Shown: one piece after another, positions 1-13,579 of the stretch
How the letters are laid out: every line of letters begins with the position of its first letter
Numbering within the stretch: position 1 is the first letter of the stretch
Source: Octopus vulgaris
Taxonomy: Eukaryota
Length of the DNA stretch: 64,000 bases
Direction: 5' to 3'
Assembly: GCA_951406725.2 (NCBI GenBank)
Contig: OX597818.1
Span: 105,276,001-105,340,000, forward strand
Made by a program: the position numbers and the translations under genes
The notes under the pieces: model-generated
Databases searched by the model: none
Told to the model about the DNA's origin: nothing
Seen by the model: the letters and a program-made list of their open reading frames with translations, nothing else

Positions 1-645
1 GGGCATCCTGAGCTGTGCAAACCACAACCTAGACTTCATGATGACTATTATCACTGGTTACAATCGGGACGCCAAGTTCCAGTACTCCTAATGGAAGCAT
101 CTGTCATCACCAAAGCCCACAGCAATATGAAGATAATGCTGACCTGTTTTTATTGCTCTTGTGGCATTGTGCATCATGAATACACATCACAAGGCCAAAC
201 AATCAATAAGAAATGCTACCTGAAGGTTATACATCACCTTTGAAATGCTGTACATTGAAAGTGGCTGGACATGTGGGCAGTGAAGAATTGGCAACATAAT
301 TACCCACATAATCCAAGGTTTCCTGGCCAAGAACAACACACCACTTGTTCAACAGGCTCCCTATTCTCCCAACTTGGCACCACCATATGACTTCTGAGTC
401 TTTCCCCAAACTGAAAACTATGCTGAAAGGAAGTGACTGAAGTCGCAAGAGGAAATTATGAGAAAAGTAACAGCAGAGCTCCATGTCATTCCAGAGGTCT
501 TACCAGTAGTGGCAGAATGACAAGAAGAAGTGTGTTAACTCCTAACGAGAGTATTTTGAAGGTGGTTAAACATAATTTGTGAAATGTACCAAATTGTTTT
601 GTTTTTTATGCCCAGACATTGGATACTTTCTGAACAGACCTTGTA
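1..645 (+). mobile_element. Decayed mariner transposon, 3' half with right TIR
   Basis: Broken plus-strand frames read KIMLTCF..GIVHHEYTSQGQTINK..YLKV and APYSPNLAP..DF..FPKLK (mariner YSPDLAP motif). The element ends in GATACTTTCTGAACAGACCTTG followed by TA, a mariner-type TIR end. Confidence 0.85.
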
Positions 646-3312
646 TATTGACATGCATCCATACATACATAAATTCATAAGCACTGATAGCATGTACATA
701 CATGCAAGCATGAACAAATAATAACCTCACATAGGTTCCAACTGGTTGCAAGTGAATTCTTGATCAATTTGTTACCACCATACATACACACACTTTTTTG
801 CCTTCACTAAATTACATATTTATTTATTGAAAGCTAAAGTTCCCTGCTGATTCTCCTCTGGGTTTTCTCATTCCTAAATATTCTTCATGTTACCTTGAAC
901 AACATGCAAGTCACAAAAAAACTCAGACTAGCAATAAAGTGAAGCTGTGGCATCAAATGCATGGGCACTTTATTATATATATATATGAAGTCCTTTTCTT
1001 CTCATTTGATTATCCAAATGCAAATGTGTAGCATTATACAATGTCTACAGTACTGCTCTTTCATAAAGTACATGAATTCCACACAAAAATCAAAAAAAAA
1101 AAAGTACTCTCACTTATCAAATGTAAAGTTGCCATGGTTGGGCAAAATCATCATCATCATCATCATCATCATTTAACGTCCGCTTTCCATGCTAGCATGG
1201 GTTGGAAAATGTATTGCAATATTTATTCAGGCACCTTGCATTCTGAGTTCAAATCCCATCAACATTGATTTTTGTCAGAAATCATTCTAGGATCAATAAA
1301 TAAAATACCAGTCTAAAATAGTGGACAAATGGCAATGTTAGATCATTAGCAGTGTTTGTTCCAGCTCTATGTGTTTTAAGTTCAAATCCTTCCATGGCCG
1401 AATTGTATAGTAGAACAGTTCCCAGATTTAACTCTATGACACAGTACCTTGATATCATTAGAGGAGTCCCTTCTCTTGTAAGCATTTTACCAGGTTTCTC
1501 AAAGGAGGTTAACTTCCTCCCTCCCACTAGCCTCAGAGACCCTATAAAAGGCCTTGGAGATTACCCTTCTTATTGACAAAAACATTACAAATAAAAAGAA
1601 AGGTTCCAAGAACACTAAAAGACAGGAAAGGCTATATAGGAAACACTGCCTGCTGGCCACTCTCTCTTTTCTATTCTTTATCTCCTACTTACTCTTTTTT
1701 CTCTCTTTCTAACTATATCTTTCTCCCTCTACTTTGTATAATATATAAAGCTAAGAGTTCCCTTTTGGAGCCATACAAGAACTTGTATATAAAAGATAAA
1801 ATAAGAGGTTGTGGAAGGAACTGTGAGAGCTGTTAGAAGAAGAATCAGTGTTCAGTAAAACTATCATCTGCAAAAGGGTTTCAATATAAAAAAGAAAAAA
1901 ATGAGGGAATCACTCTGCCTCCAACTAAGGGATAGATGTTAAGAGAAGATTGAGATTGTCGAATATAAACAAATTCATCACATCACTTATGTATAAAAAA
2001 AGGGGTAGGACATCAGCCTTCTTCCAAGGTTATTATATTTATATACCAAATGTTTATACATATACATAAACAGATATATATGTACATATAGATACACACA
2101 CATACACAAATATATGCAAACATTTATACACTCACACACGTGTGTGTCCTCATGTGCATGCCTGTAAATGCACACTTATGTGTGAGAAAGAGAGATGACA
2201 GAGTCAATTGTAAACTAATAGCTTGTATAAAGACAGCAGGTATTTGCCTTAGAAGTGGGGTATCGGGATGTCGAGCTTGCTTGTAGTTCTATTGGTGACC
2301 ATCAACTTAACCATTTCAAATCCAGGTGTGGTTTATGATTGTATTCCTCCCCTATACAGACATTAATATAGAAGCTGCAATCACCACAGGATAGTGAAAA
2401 GAAAAGGGAAAATAAGGGAAAATCAAGGAGAAAACTTGAAACTATAAGCACCTTACCTGTTTCTGTCTAACAACATCTCACAGTAAATTTGACAAGGATG
2501 AAGGTAGACACAACAAAAGAATATGAATATTCCATTGAATTGGCTGGTTTAAAGTTTGGTCTTTTTCTTTTTCTCTTTTGCACATGAGATTGAACATGCA
2601 AGATTTTGCTTACAATTTCAACCCATAAAAATCAATAAATAATTTAAAACCTGCTGAACATAAGAAACTTTTTTTTTTTGACAGTGAAGAAATTATATAA
2701 AAAGGGAAAAAAACACAAGATATTGATATGATAATGTAAATAATACTGAAAATGTTTTTTTTTTTTTAATATGAAATAATAATAATAATAATTATAATTA
2801 TAATAATATCAAAAGATAATTATGTATAGAATTTAAAATATGAATTAAAAAAAATATTCTTTTAATTAAACACAAGAAAAACAACATCTAAACAAAAGGG
2901 AAAAAAACAAGAGCAAACATTCACAGAAATGTCAAATAATATCTAATAGAAAAAAAAGTCTCAGTTAATGTCACCATCAATAACTGTTACCTATTTATCA
3001 CATTTTCAATAGAGGGATAAATGGGAGAAATTAAAAATAAATAAGGATCTCTTTGGCAAAAAAAATAAATTTCTGCTCCCAATCTTTTTTTTCTGTTTTT
3101 CTTTTGGTCAAGGAACATTCTTTTTGCTACTTACTTTCTTGAAGTAATAAATTTTAAATATGAAACAACAAACCTTACAGTAAAAAGAAATCCTGGAATT
3201 AAGTAGATGAATTATTCTATACATACATACATTTATACACACACACATCTATATAGATATATACATATACACACATACATATATATACACATACATACAT
3301 ACATATATATAC

Positions 3313-3367
<55 letters not shown>

Positions 3368-3877
3368 CATACATATAAGAAAACATATAAAGTTGATTGG
3401 ATATCAGAGGACTAATTAAAATAAGAGTAATGGTAATTTACTTGAAGCATCGCAGTATGTAAATAATGAGATGTTTATAAAACAGTTAAGGACTGCAGGT
3501 GAGGAGTTAATTAAAATAATGTAAGGTAATGTCAATACGTGAAAAACAAAGATATTGCATTACTTCACATAGGCTGGTTAATAATCCAATAATACTCTGA
3601 GATAACTCCCCGTTTTAAAATAAAACCAAAAAAAAATAAATCAATGGCGGTGCCCCAGCATGGCCACAGCTCATGAGCTGAAACTAGAATCAATCAATAG
3701 AGTTCAGAGAAGCTGTTGGAATTTAACTACTCACACTTATTGCTCAAAAGTTTTTAAAATATTACTGTAAATATCTCATTACTAATTAAAATATTATTTT
3801 AAATCTTGCTACTGATTCTGTGTCATGTTTAGTTAGTTAATTTTTTGGCTCAAAAAGCAAAAAAGCAAGGCCATGGA

Positions 3878-4130
3878 GTTATGTACAGGATGGTGTTCAT
3901 GTAAAGAGTTCAGGTCACTTGTGGTCAAGGGAGACTTTGAACCGAGCGTTCGTCGGCATCTTCACCATCTCGTCCGGCAGCTTATTCCATGGATCCGCAA
4001 GCTGGACGGAGAAAGCCCCTCTCCTTCGATTGAGACGAAATCATCGCAGATAGAGCTTTTCGGAATGACCCCGCAGCCGACGCTCTGGAGCAGGAGTGAA
4101 GAACAGCTCCTTCGAGAAGTTACACTTTCT
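3878..4130 (-). mobile_element. 3' fragment of a CR1-like LINE ORF2
   Basis: Minus strand reads ELFFTPAPERRLRGHSEKL..RRRGAFSVQLADPWNKLPDEMV, the typical CR1 C-terminal RGH..K / FS..WN.LP block. GC/CpG-rich relative to the flanks. Confidence 0.75.
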
Positions 4131-4526
4131 GCTTATGGCTTAGGGACTTCTGTATGGCCAAGTTCATCTACATGCAGATACCACAGGGTATTTACCCGTA
4201 AAAGCTACATTGTAATCATGAAAAAGACCACAATGTTAAGTGTTTCAATAGCTTGCAGTGCAGTTTAAATTTTCCTGTGAGTACAGCATCTGACAAGCCC
4301 AAGATACACCACATGAAGATGGAAATCCACAGTAGTACCTCCAATGGGGCCTATGACCATATTCCATATTAAATAACTAGTCTCCTTGGTTGTAACAAAG
4401 TTATACAAGGTGTTACAGGAGTAAGTAACAGAAGCGGACAAAGCATCTTGTCTTCAGCTATAATTCCATTCATACCTCGGATACACTACACTTATAGGCA
4501 CCCAGTACTTGATACCTAATTTATAT

Positions 4527-4804
4527 CAGTGGTTCCCAAAGTGGGCGGTATCCCCCCTCAGGGGCAATAGAAAGACCGGGGTGGGGATTGAGAAAATGGA
4601 GTGATAATGGGGTGACCAAAATGGGGAAATGGGTATCCAAAAAACAAACAAAATAATGGGATAATTAGGTTAAGTCTTATTTGTGAAATACTGTTGTTTT
4701 GAATTTGCTGCAGAAAATGGCCTATGTCAATGGTGGTGAGTGGGGGAGGCACTAGGAATGTGGCCTTAGAACTAAGGCAGCCTGAAAAAGTTTGGGAACC
4801 ACTG
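4527..4804. mobile_element. hAT-type MITE inserted in a SINE
   Basis: TIRs CAGTGGTTCCCAAA ... TTTGGGAACCACTG. The 8-bp flanks ATTTATAT / CTTTATAT match at 7/8 (TSD). SINE-like sequence continues on both sides. Confidence 0.85.
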
Positions 4805-5239
4805 CTTTATATTATTGACCACAGAAGAATAAAAGGCAAAAATTGACCTTGGTAGGATCTGAACTCTGAGTGTAAAGGGTCATAATTAAATACTGTTAGG
4901 TATTTTGTCCAACACACTAACAACTCAGTTAATTTATTTGTCATATTAATGTGCTTCTTTACCTAACAATGCTGAGTTCAAACTTTTCCGTAGATTTTGT
5001 TGTTCAAGGCAAGATAAGCTTTGTTATGCAGTGCTTCGAGACAAAAACCTTCTCTGGTATCCACAAATGGGAATAATATGGAACTTGTCCTTAAATATGA
5101 AAGTAGTTTTAGTCTTTAGATACGTAAATTAATGATTTGCTCATGAAGACCACAGAATTGTAACACAGCAGTTTTAAAGTGAGCACTGAAGCTCTGCCCT
5201 ATAAAATAATGATTCTGAAACCTAGTCCACACACACATG

Positions 5240-5277
<38 letters not shown>

Positions 5278-5284
<7 letters not shown>

Positions 5285-5593
5285 GATAAAGGAAATGGAA
5301 AATGGATTTAGTATGAATCTTTATATAGCACAATGGTTGTTTTGACCCATCCTGCATCTGTCTCATAGGAGTAGGATATTGTGCATCTGGTTGCATTGCA
5401 TCAATCAGTGCAGACTGTGTCACCTCAGATGTTTGATGTAGAAAACTATCTCACTACACCAAGCACCTGGAGTGACACAACCAGATACTCAATACCCTAC
5501 TCCATTGGGAAAGATGTAGTATGGGTTAAAATGATCATCGTGCTGATTAAAGATGTATACTAAATCCATCTTCTGTTTCCTTTATCAACTATA
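5278..5593. repeat. Fold-back element with ~120-bp imperfect inverted arms
   Basis: TATAGTTGATAAAGGAAATGGAAAATGGATTTAGTAT... (5278-5395) is the imperfect reverse complement of ...ATACTAAATCCATCTTCTGTTTCCTTTATCAACTATA (5476-5593). It abuts a (TA)n tract. Confidence 0.8.
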
Positions 5594-5719
5594 AACTCAA
5601 CAAACACCACAGATTTCCTAATGTAGATCCAGTGAAAATTATATCAGGTAGCCCAAACGGTGAATGTGCTTTAAACAACATACTAATAGACATATACTCA
5701 AAGTCCAAATAGTTACAAA

Positions 5720-5763
<44 letters not shown>

Positions 5764-7246
5764 GCTACTTTAAAACAATTGAGAATTGATTAAAAAAAAA
5801 CCAGCACAAAAGACAGAAACAAGAAGAAACTAATAATCCCAGAACCTTAAACTGCGTTAGTAACAGCTTCAAAATATAATCACCATTAACTAATTGTATT
5901 AGAAATTATTATAATTCATTATTCTCTTTACCCAGAAATTCCTTTACACAACTATTGACTCATGTTGTTTAAAAATACATTTTCCTTTTTTTTTTTTTTG
6001 AAAATATTTTCCTATAAGTTAGTTTTTTTGAGTGTTTATTATTTTTTTTAAAATAAATGACATGTATAGAAATTCTATATTCTTAATCTGTGTATTAAAT
6101 GGTACACATGGTATACATACCATACCTGACAGCAAAGAGTTAAAATATTCTTTCATACATAGAATTTATTATTTCTTTTCTAGTACCTTACTGCAGTACA
6201 CAGTCTTCCATAATTACCCCTTCAGCAGTAAAACTAAAGAAAATTCACATGAGAGAAGACTACCAACATTGAAACATCAGGCAAGTATCTTCAAGAAATT
6301 GGTAGAGACTGGGATTGGGTTTTATGAAGATAGAAAGAAAGTAAAAAAGAGTGGAAAGTAAAAGGAAAAAAAGACATTCCACAATGGCAACCTATTTTAG
6401 CTAATAATAACTGCAGCAGTCATTATTCTCTCACTCACCAAACCTTCCACTACACTGTACATGGCCCCATTCTAGGGGTAAAATAACACCATTTTTTTTA
6501 AATACAATTCTTGGCTGTTCTGGAAAAAGTTGAGTTTATGAGATGACTTAGAATAAAGGAGAATATCTTTCATTCACACAAACAGAATTAAAAAAAAAAG
6601 AAAAAATACATTAATGAAAGTTTTTAAGAAACCTCAACCAAACACTATTTTCTTTCTTTTTCCATTTCATTTCTTTTTTTTTTTTACAAAAATGGAGTTT
6701 AGTTGGCCAGGAATAAGATTCTGACAAACAGAAATATTTTTCAATGACAAGTATAGGCAACAACATTATATATACAATGTGTGTGTTATATATATATATA
6801 TATACATATCAGTATGTGCATAAATACATATGCATATATGTGTATACATATATATAATCATATATATATATTGAAGTATATAGTACTTTGCATATTTTAT
6901 ATATTTAATACATTGTATACATACAGAAGTAATTTAATGAATACAGGAATTAAACATGAGGTACTTCAAGTTTCATCCTCTGAAAGTGCAATATTCATTA
7001 AATAATATTTCACTCTCACTGAATTGAGTGCTGATCCTATCAACAAGTAAACAGTAACCTATATATATATAAAGGTACGGTGAAATGAACAGAAATAGAA
7101 CTCAATACATAAGAGGATGCACATGTATTTTTTAATCAGCTGTAATGTTAAAGACAGAAAGAGTTGAGAATGTCATGCATTGGTCTTATCAATGTGACTC
7201 TTCACCCCTCAGTCACTAATGTACCTTTCACAGCCTCTTAAAAATA

Positions 7247-7335
<89 letters not shown>

Positions 7336-7482
7336 TACATTGTTTGAACTTATTTCCATTTAGCAACACCACTTCTCACAGCCATAGTTCAAAACTTTAG
7401 AAAATACAGAGAAACAACTCCAAGAAATATTTGAAAATTAATATATCTTATATGAAAACAGCTTTATACATTCCTCATTTTT

Positions 7483-7527
<45 letters not shown>

Positions 7528-9585
7528 TGCTTCTTGTTTTGTTTTTTTTAAAGTTTTTAATTATTTTTCTTTGTTTTGTTTTTTTACTTTTAAAAGAAAT
7601 CTTGAACTGTCTTTCAATCAATTCTATAAAATTGGCTTAGCAAGTGAAACTGCAAAATATTTATGGAGTGCTTTACAATATAGCAGTGGTGAGAAGGAAT
7701 TGTTGAACACTGCTTCACTACCACCATCATGGCCATATCAAGGCCCGTACTGTCCAATTAATTCTCACCTCTTATGACAACACAAGCTAGTCAGTTTAAC
7801 AGCAGTTTTTGGTTACAATGTCCCTATCCCCCAGCAAAACTCATTTGATTTGTTACTCAACTGGTCATCAAAAAAAAAAAAAAAAAAAGGTTTGAAACTA
7901 TAAATATGCAGTCATAGCACTGTAAATGGCAAGGTGTTGTTGCTTGTTATTGAACTATTACCTCTCACCCACCTTTGCTTGATCATACCAATGTCAAAGG
8001 GCTAACTGGCAAAGCATGGTGAAAAGAATGAGGGGCAAATCTATAGGTTCAGCATTTTGAGCATTGAAAAAAAAAAGAATAATGTGATGTCACATGCAAT
8101 TATAATTCTTAATTATAGTTAATATACTCAACATCACCCACCCCACACCCTTTTACTTCTCTAGGATTTAGGTTTGAAACATGTGATACCTAACATTTAA
8201 AGGTGGCAGAGAGTTTATTGAGAAAAATTTGGCATCTGTATTATGCAGGTCAAGTGACCTCATATAAATTCCTTTATGGCTGTTGAAAGGTCAAGTGATG
8301 TGTATATACGTGTGTATACACATACATGTTTTTGTGTGCATGTGTGGCTGGCTGGCTAGACAGGTTGATAGATAAATGTGTGTATGAATGTATGAACATA
8401 TACATGTATAAATATGCATTGGGTGGATAAAATATGAAATAAGTTTGTGTAGTTATTTGAAAGCAGAACAAAGCGAATTCATTGCCTAAGATTGAATTTT
8501 TAGGGATGGGAAGCCTAAAACAAAAAGAAAAAACAAAGAATATTGTATAATTCTTTCACTTTCTTTGTACTTTTTTGAGTTGTAGATATTATCAGAAAGT
8601 TTCATTCTGAACAAACACTGCAAAGTGAAACTTTCAACACAAAAAAAAAATAATAATCATAATACTAACAATCGTTTCTATTATAGGCACAAGGCCTGAG
8701 ATTTTGATTACAGCGATCCCAGAGCTCAACTGATAATTCATTGACTCTGAAAGGATGACAGGCAAAGCCAACCTTGGTAGAACATAAAGACAAATGAAGT
8801 GCAGCTAAGTATTTTGTCTGACAACTGGCTGCCTTAATGATGATAATAACAACTAAGACATCTATCACAACTATATATGATACGTTCAATAAAGGGTAAA
8901 GCTACTGCTCAGAGTCCAATAGATATCAGTGCAGATAGATTTTGATATCAGTGTAATTATTGGTCTTAATATATTCCAGCAAAGGTATAAAAGCTAAACA
9001 GATGTCAAGGCATTTGTTGGTCAAATTGCAGTAATTAGTCTAACAGATATTAGTAAATCTATTTGTTAAGCAGATATTAGTGTAGCAGTTAGTTTAGTTT
9101 ATAAAATTGATATTAGTGTAATGGATATTAAATACAGCTATTTGTCTAACAGATCTCTGTTGAAACACTGCACTTAATGCATTTTAAAGCTGCTGGTCAG
9201 TAGTCATAATATTAGCTATTAAACACACACTTGTAGCCTCCACTATTGACCATTGATCTATCTAGAGTTAACATTCACTAGCAAAAATTAATCAGCATCT
9301 TTCCCAATCTAATCCTCCTCATCATCACTAACTTTTTAGTGTCTATTTTACTATGATATAGGTTGAATAGATTTTCATCAAGCCAAAAATTTGTTTTCAA
9401 TGAAGTTAACATCCTGAAATCTGAACTCAATATTCTTTGTGCTTTCTTAGCACTTTCTGTCATGGCAGTGCTCCCACTTAAGTACTGTCTATGATCTTCA
9501 CTCATAGATAAATGAATGCTCAAAGCCAATTTCTGCCACCAAACCAGCTACAATGGCAGCATTCAGTTCTAGCCAGGCTAAATAT

Positions 9586-9980
9586 TCACTGCAAAATATT
9601 GGTCAAAACACAATTGTGATGTCATTTCACAACCAGTCACTGATTAAAACACACTTGTGATGTCATTTTACTGCCAGTCATTGGTCAAAATACAGTGGAG
9701 ATGCTATATCACTGCCAATCATTGGTCAAAACACAGTGGTGATGTCATTTCTCTGCCAGTCATTGGTCATATAGTGGTGATGTCATTTCACTGAGTCATT
9801 GATCAAAACACAGTGGTGATGTCATTTCACTACCAGTCATTGGTCATATAGTGGTGATGCCATTTCACTGCCAGTTGTTGGTCAACACATAGAGATGCCA
9901 TTTCACTGTCAGTCATTGATCAAAACAGTGATGTCATTTCATTGCCAGTTTCTGGTCAAAACACAGTGAGATGTCATTGG
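9586..9980. repeat. Minisatellite, ~35-41-bp unit, about 10 copies
   Basis: Recurrent unit close to CACTGCCAGTCATTGGTCAAAACACAGTGGTGATGTCATTT. Confidence 0.9.
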
Positions 9981-10224
9981 TCCAGTAGACACTATCGCTG
10001 TAATTAACACAACTAAATACAGATCACTTATTAAAAGAGATTGAGTTAATTGACAAAAGAAAATGTAGGATGATGGATACAATAAAAGACTAGGAAAACA
10101 TTGCATGTAAGGTGCCAAATGTCTCAATCAAACAGCCAGTAAACTGCTTTTACTCTACAAAACCTAGAAAGACTTAAAGGAATAACATATTAAACAGTAA
10201 CAGAGATGATGGTGATGATAATAA

Positions 10225-11245
10225 TTGGTTCTGAATTAAGCATAAGGCCTGAAATTTGGAGGAAAGGGTTAGTCAAACTGACCCAGTTCTTTACTAATAC
10301 TTTATCTTAAAGGAATGAAAAGCAAAGCTGAGTTCTAAAGGATTTGAACTCAGAATGTAAAGAGCCAGAGCAAATATTACATATTTTCTCTGCTACTCTA
10401 ACAACTCTGCCAATCCACTAATATTATTAATAATAATGGTTCTAATTTAGGCATAAGGTTTGATATTTCAAGACAAGGGTGAGTCAATCTATTATTGCCC
10501 TTAAAAATAATTCTTTCTACTATAGGCACATGGAGGCCTAATATTTTGGGGGAAGGAGTTAGTCAATTACATCAATCCCAATGTGCAACCTGTAATTATT
10601 TTATCAACCCTGAAAGAATGAAAGGTAAAGTCAACTTTGTCAGGATTTGAACTCAGAACACAGTCAGAAGAAACACCACTAAGCATTGTGTCTGGCCTGC
10701 AAATGATTGAGCCAGCCCACTGCCTTTAAAGGATGAAAGGCAAATTTGACTGCAATGGAATTTGAACTCAGAACGTAAAACCAGAATAAATGCTGCTATG
10801 CATTTTGTCCAACACATTAATGATTCTATCAGCTTGGTGCCACCTTAATAATAATTATTATTATTTCTAATTTAAGCATAAAACTAGTAGTTTTGAGGAG
10901 GAAGATTGGTTGATTATCACTGACTTCATTAAGTGGCTGGTACTTTATTTTATCGACCCCAAAAGAATGAAAAGTAAAATTGATCTTGGTGAAATCTGAA
11001 CCTAGAATGTAGAGTTATGCAACTGCAGCAGCAGCAATAATAATAATAATCCTTTCTACTGAAGGCACAAAGCCTGAAATTTAGTGGGAGGGGCTAGTTA
11101 ATTACATTGACCCCAGTACTCAACAGGTACTTATTTCATGGACCCCAAAAGCATGAAAGGCAGCATTTGAACTCAGAATGTAAAAACAAGAAAATACTGC
11201 TAAGAATTTTGCTTGGCATGCTAATGATTCTGCCAGCTCACTTAA
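10225..11245 (-). mobile_element. Cluster of about 5 head-to-tail, partly truncated tRNA-derived SINE copies (family A)
   Basis: Repeated GGCACAAGGCCTGAAAT...GACCCCAG...GAAAGGATGAAAGGCAAA...ATTTGAACTCAGAA...CTGCCAGCTC blocks separated by (AAT)n. They are the reverse complement of the copy at 34590. Confidence 0.8.
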
Positions 11246-11781
11246 TAATAATAATAATAATAATAATAACGACAACTAAAACAAACCAACCAAATTAATT
11301 TGGGAATCATACAAATAACATACTGAGTGCTAAAATTATCTGAAAGGTCACTCAAACAAAACATGAAATCATACAAATAAAAAAAAATAATGGAAATGAA
11401 TGTCTTAAATTTTTTTCCAAAATATATTTTGTTTTTTTTTTCTTGTTTAATTTCAAATTATTGACACCAACAAACAAAAAATACAAAAATATAAAACATA
11501 TCACTTACATAAGAAACAAATGTTATTCAAAATGTTGTGTGTGTGTGTGTGTATACATCTATTAAGCTAATACTGAAAATTTTTCATATTGAAAAGAAAC
11601 TTAACATATATATACATGTACATACACATATATACACACGTGTGTGTATGTATGTATATATATATATATACACACACACACAAATACATACATATATGTG
11701 TTTATGTGTATATATATATGTATATATACATATACACACACATGTATATATACACATACAAACATACATCTATATACATAG

Positions 11782-11824
<43 letters not shown>

Positions 11825-12694
11825 TATACATGCTATGTGTATACACACACATATAAGCATTCATGTGAGTGTTTACATACAAACATGCACACATACATTC
11901 ATACATACAAACATATATACACCAGTTGAAGGATTAACAGGTGTACTATCTGTGTCCATGGCTATCACAGTTCATCCACATTGTACACTGCTAGCTCTTT
12001 ACAAGTTACCACTTGGGGTTACTATATACTAGTGCTCAGTGTTATTAGCATGTAGTATTCAGCATAGATCTCTGCAAACTAGGTAGGAACAAAGACTTTG
12101 TGGTCTATATTGTCATTTGCTCTGCTAGAAATAGCAGCCAAATCTCTCTTGAATACCCAACTTCAATATGGAAAAAAACCCCACTAAATCTGCATAGTCC
12201 TAAAAAAAAGACGGTATGGTCACAAGGCATAGGTTAGCTTAGTCATAGCAAACCCAGAAAAGCTAAACAACAACAGCCTTTCATAAAATGACTGCTCAGC
12301 AAGGAAACAGAAGTGTTTCTCACTCAACTTCTAGGAAAATGATAAGTCACAGTATATCATGTCCTGATAATTACAAATGGATACACATATTAATAAGATA
12401 TATATATATATATATCTCATCATATATATATATATACACACACACTACACAGATTCACACATTGCTTATTAGGTGGGTTAAGTTGGTGTTTTTTTTGTGT
12501 ACAGTTTTAAACAAGATAAAAAAGTTATCATAAAATGAACTAAAAAATATATGCAGTACTTTGGGAAGATTGGGAGAAACAGGATTGAATATTTAAATAA
12601 ATACATGTACTAAATGGACAAACAAACATACATAGATATGTACATACAACAATAAACAGCAAATCAGCAGAAATTTACATACACACACACTCAC

Positions 12695-12730
<36 letters not shown>

Positions 12731-13378
12731 GTGGTTGTATCTATATACAAAAACTATTACGTATATATATATATATATATATACCTAGTATGAACAAAAA
12801 GTATTCACACACTAACTAAAGTACTCAGTACTTCAATTAGTGGAGTTAAATATATTAGTTTACAGGTTTACAAATCTGTTTCGATTTCTTTGGAATTATT
12901 GAGAAAGAAGTTATGTGTGGGTCAATGTAATAGTTTAGAAGGAAAGAAATCAAGGATTAAGTGTAAACATATGATGAAGCAGGTGATGATAACTTTCATT
13001 GAAGGGAGTAATATAATTTAAAATTATGGCTGCTAAGTCTTTATGTATTTAGGGGTGGACCTACCATTTAATGTTTAACACTGGAGCTAAGGGATGAGAG
13101 AGAATCTGATCAGATCATGCCTTATGTATCAGATAGAATTCAATTCATCTTAAAGAACGTATTAACAGAAATATATGGAAAAAAATTTTTGACTAAATAT
13201 TACAGAAAGATTAGAGAAGCAAAAGTGATCTAAGTTCTATCAAAAATTGTTAAAGTAAAACATTAAACTGTCAATACTTATGCTATGTATGTTAAAGATG
13301 TAAGAAGTTTAAAATTGATAATACTGATATACAAAGAAAGAATCATAAATGAAAATCTTAAATTTCTATAAAAAGATA

Positions 13379-13579
13379 TTAACCTTTTTGATACTAACCC
13401 ATCTCTATAATTCAAACTTTATGTTTTAAAGAGAACCTAATTAAAAACTTCTATCAAAGTTTCATGCTAGTTTTTGTTCTAAACACCAGCTTAATAATGA
13501 AAATGTTATTTTACTAAATTCTTCATTATTTAAGTAAAGGCAGTATATTTCAACAAAAATATGGTAACAAAAGGGCTAG
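13379..13579. mobile_element. TTAA-type (piggyBac-like) MITE
   Basis: Begins TTAACCTTTTTGATAC and ends GGTAACAAAAGGGCTAG (degenerate TIR). An inverted partial copy lies at 26033-26177. Confidence 0.55.

Noticed and set aside
1400-1985. Possible solo LTR
   Set aside because: TATA-like and TG..CA features are present, but no TSD, PBS/PPT or second copy could be identified.
9278-9529. 83-aa minus-strand ORF as an exon
   Set aside because: No recognisable domain or convincing splice sites.
9586-9980. CRISPR-like array
   Set aside because: The units are contiguous with no unique spacers, there are no cas genes, and the context is eukaryotic.
11537-12032. ORFs rich in Y/I/H/T/V/C (also near 3207, 41333, 45429, 51085)
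   Set aside because: They are translations of (TA)n/(CA)n/(TACA)n microsatellites.
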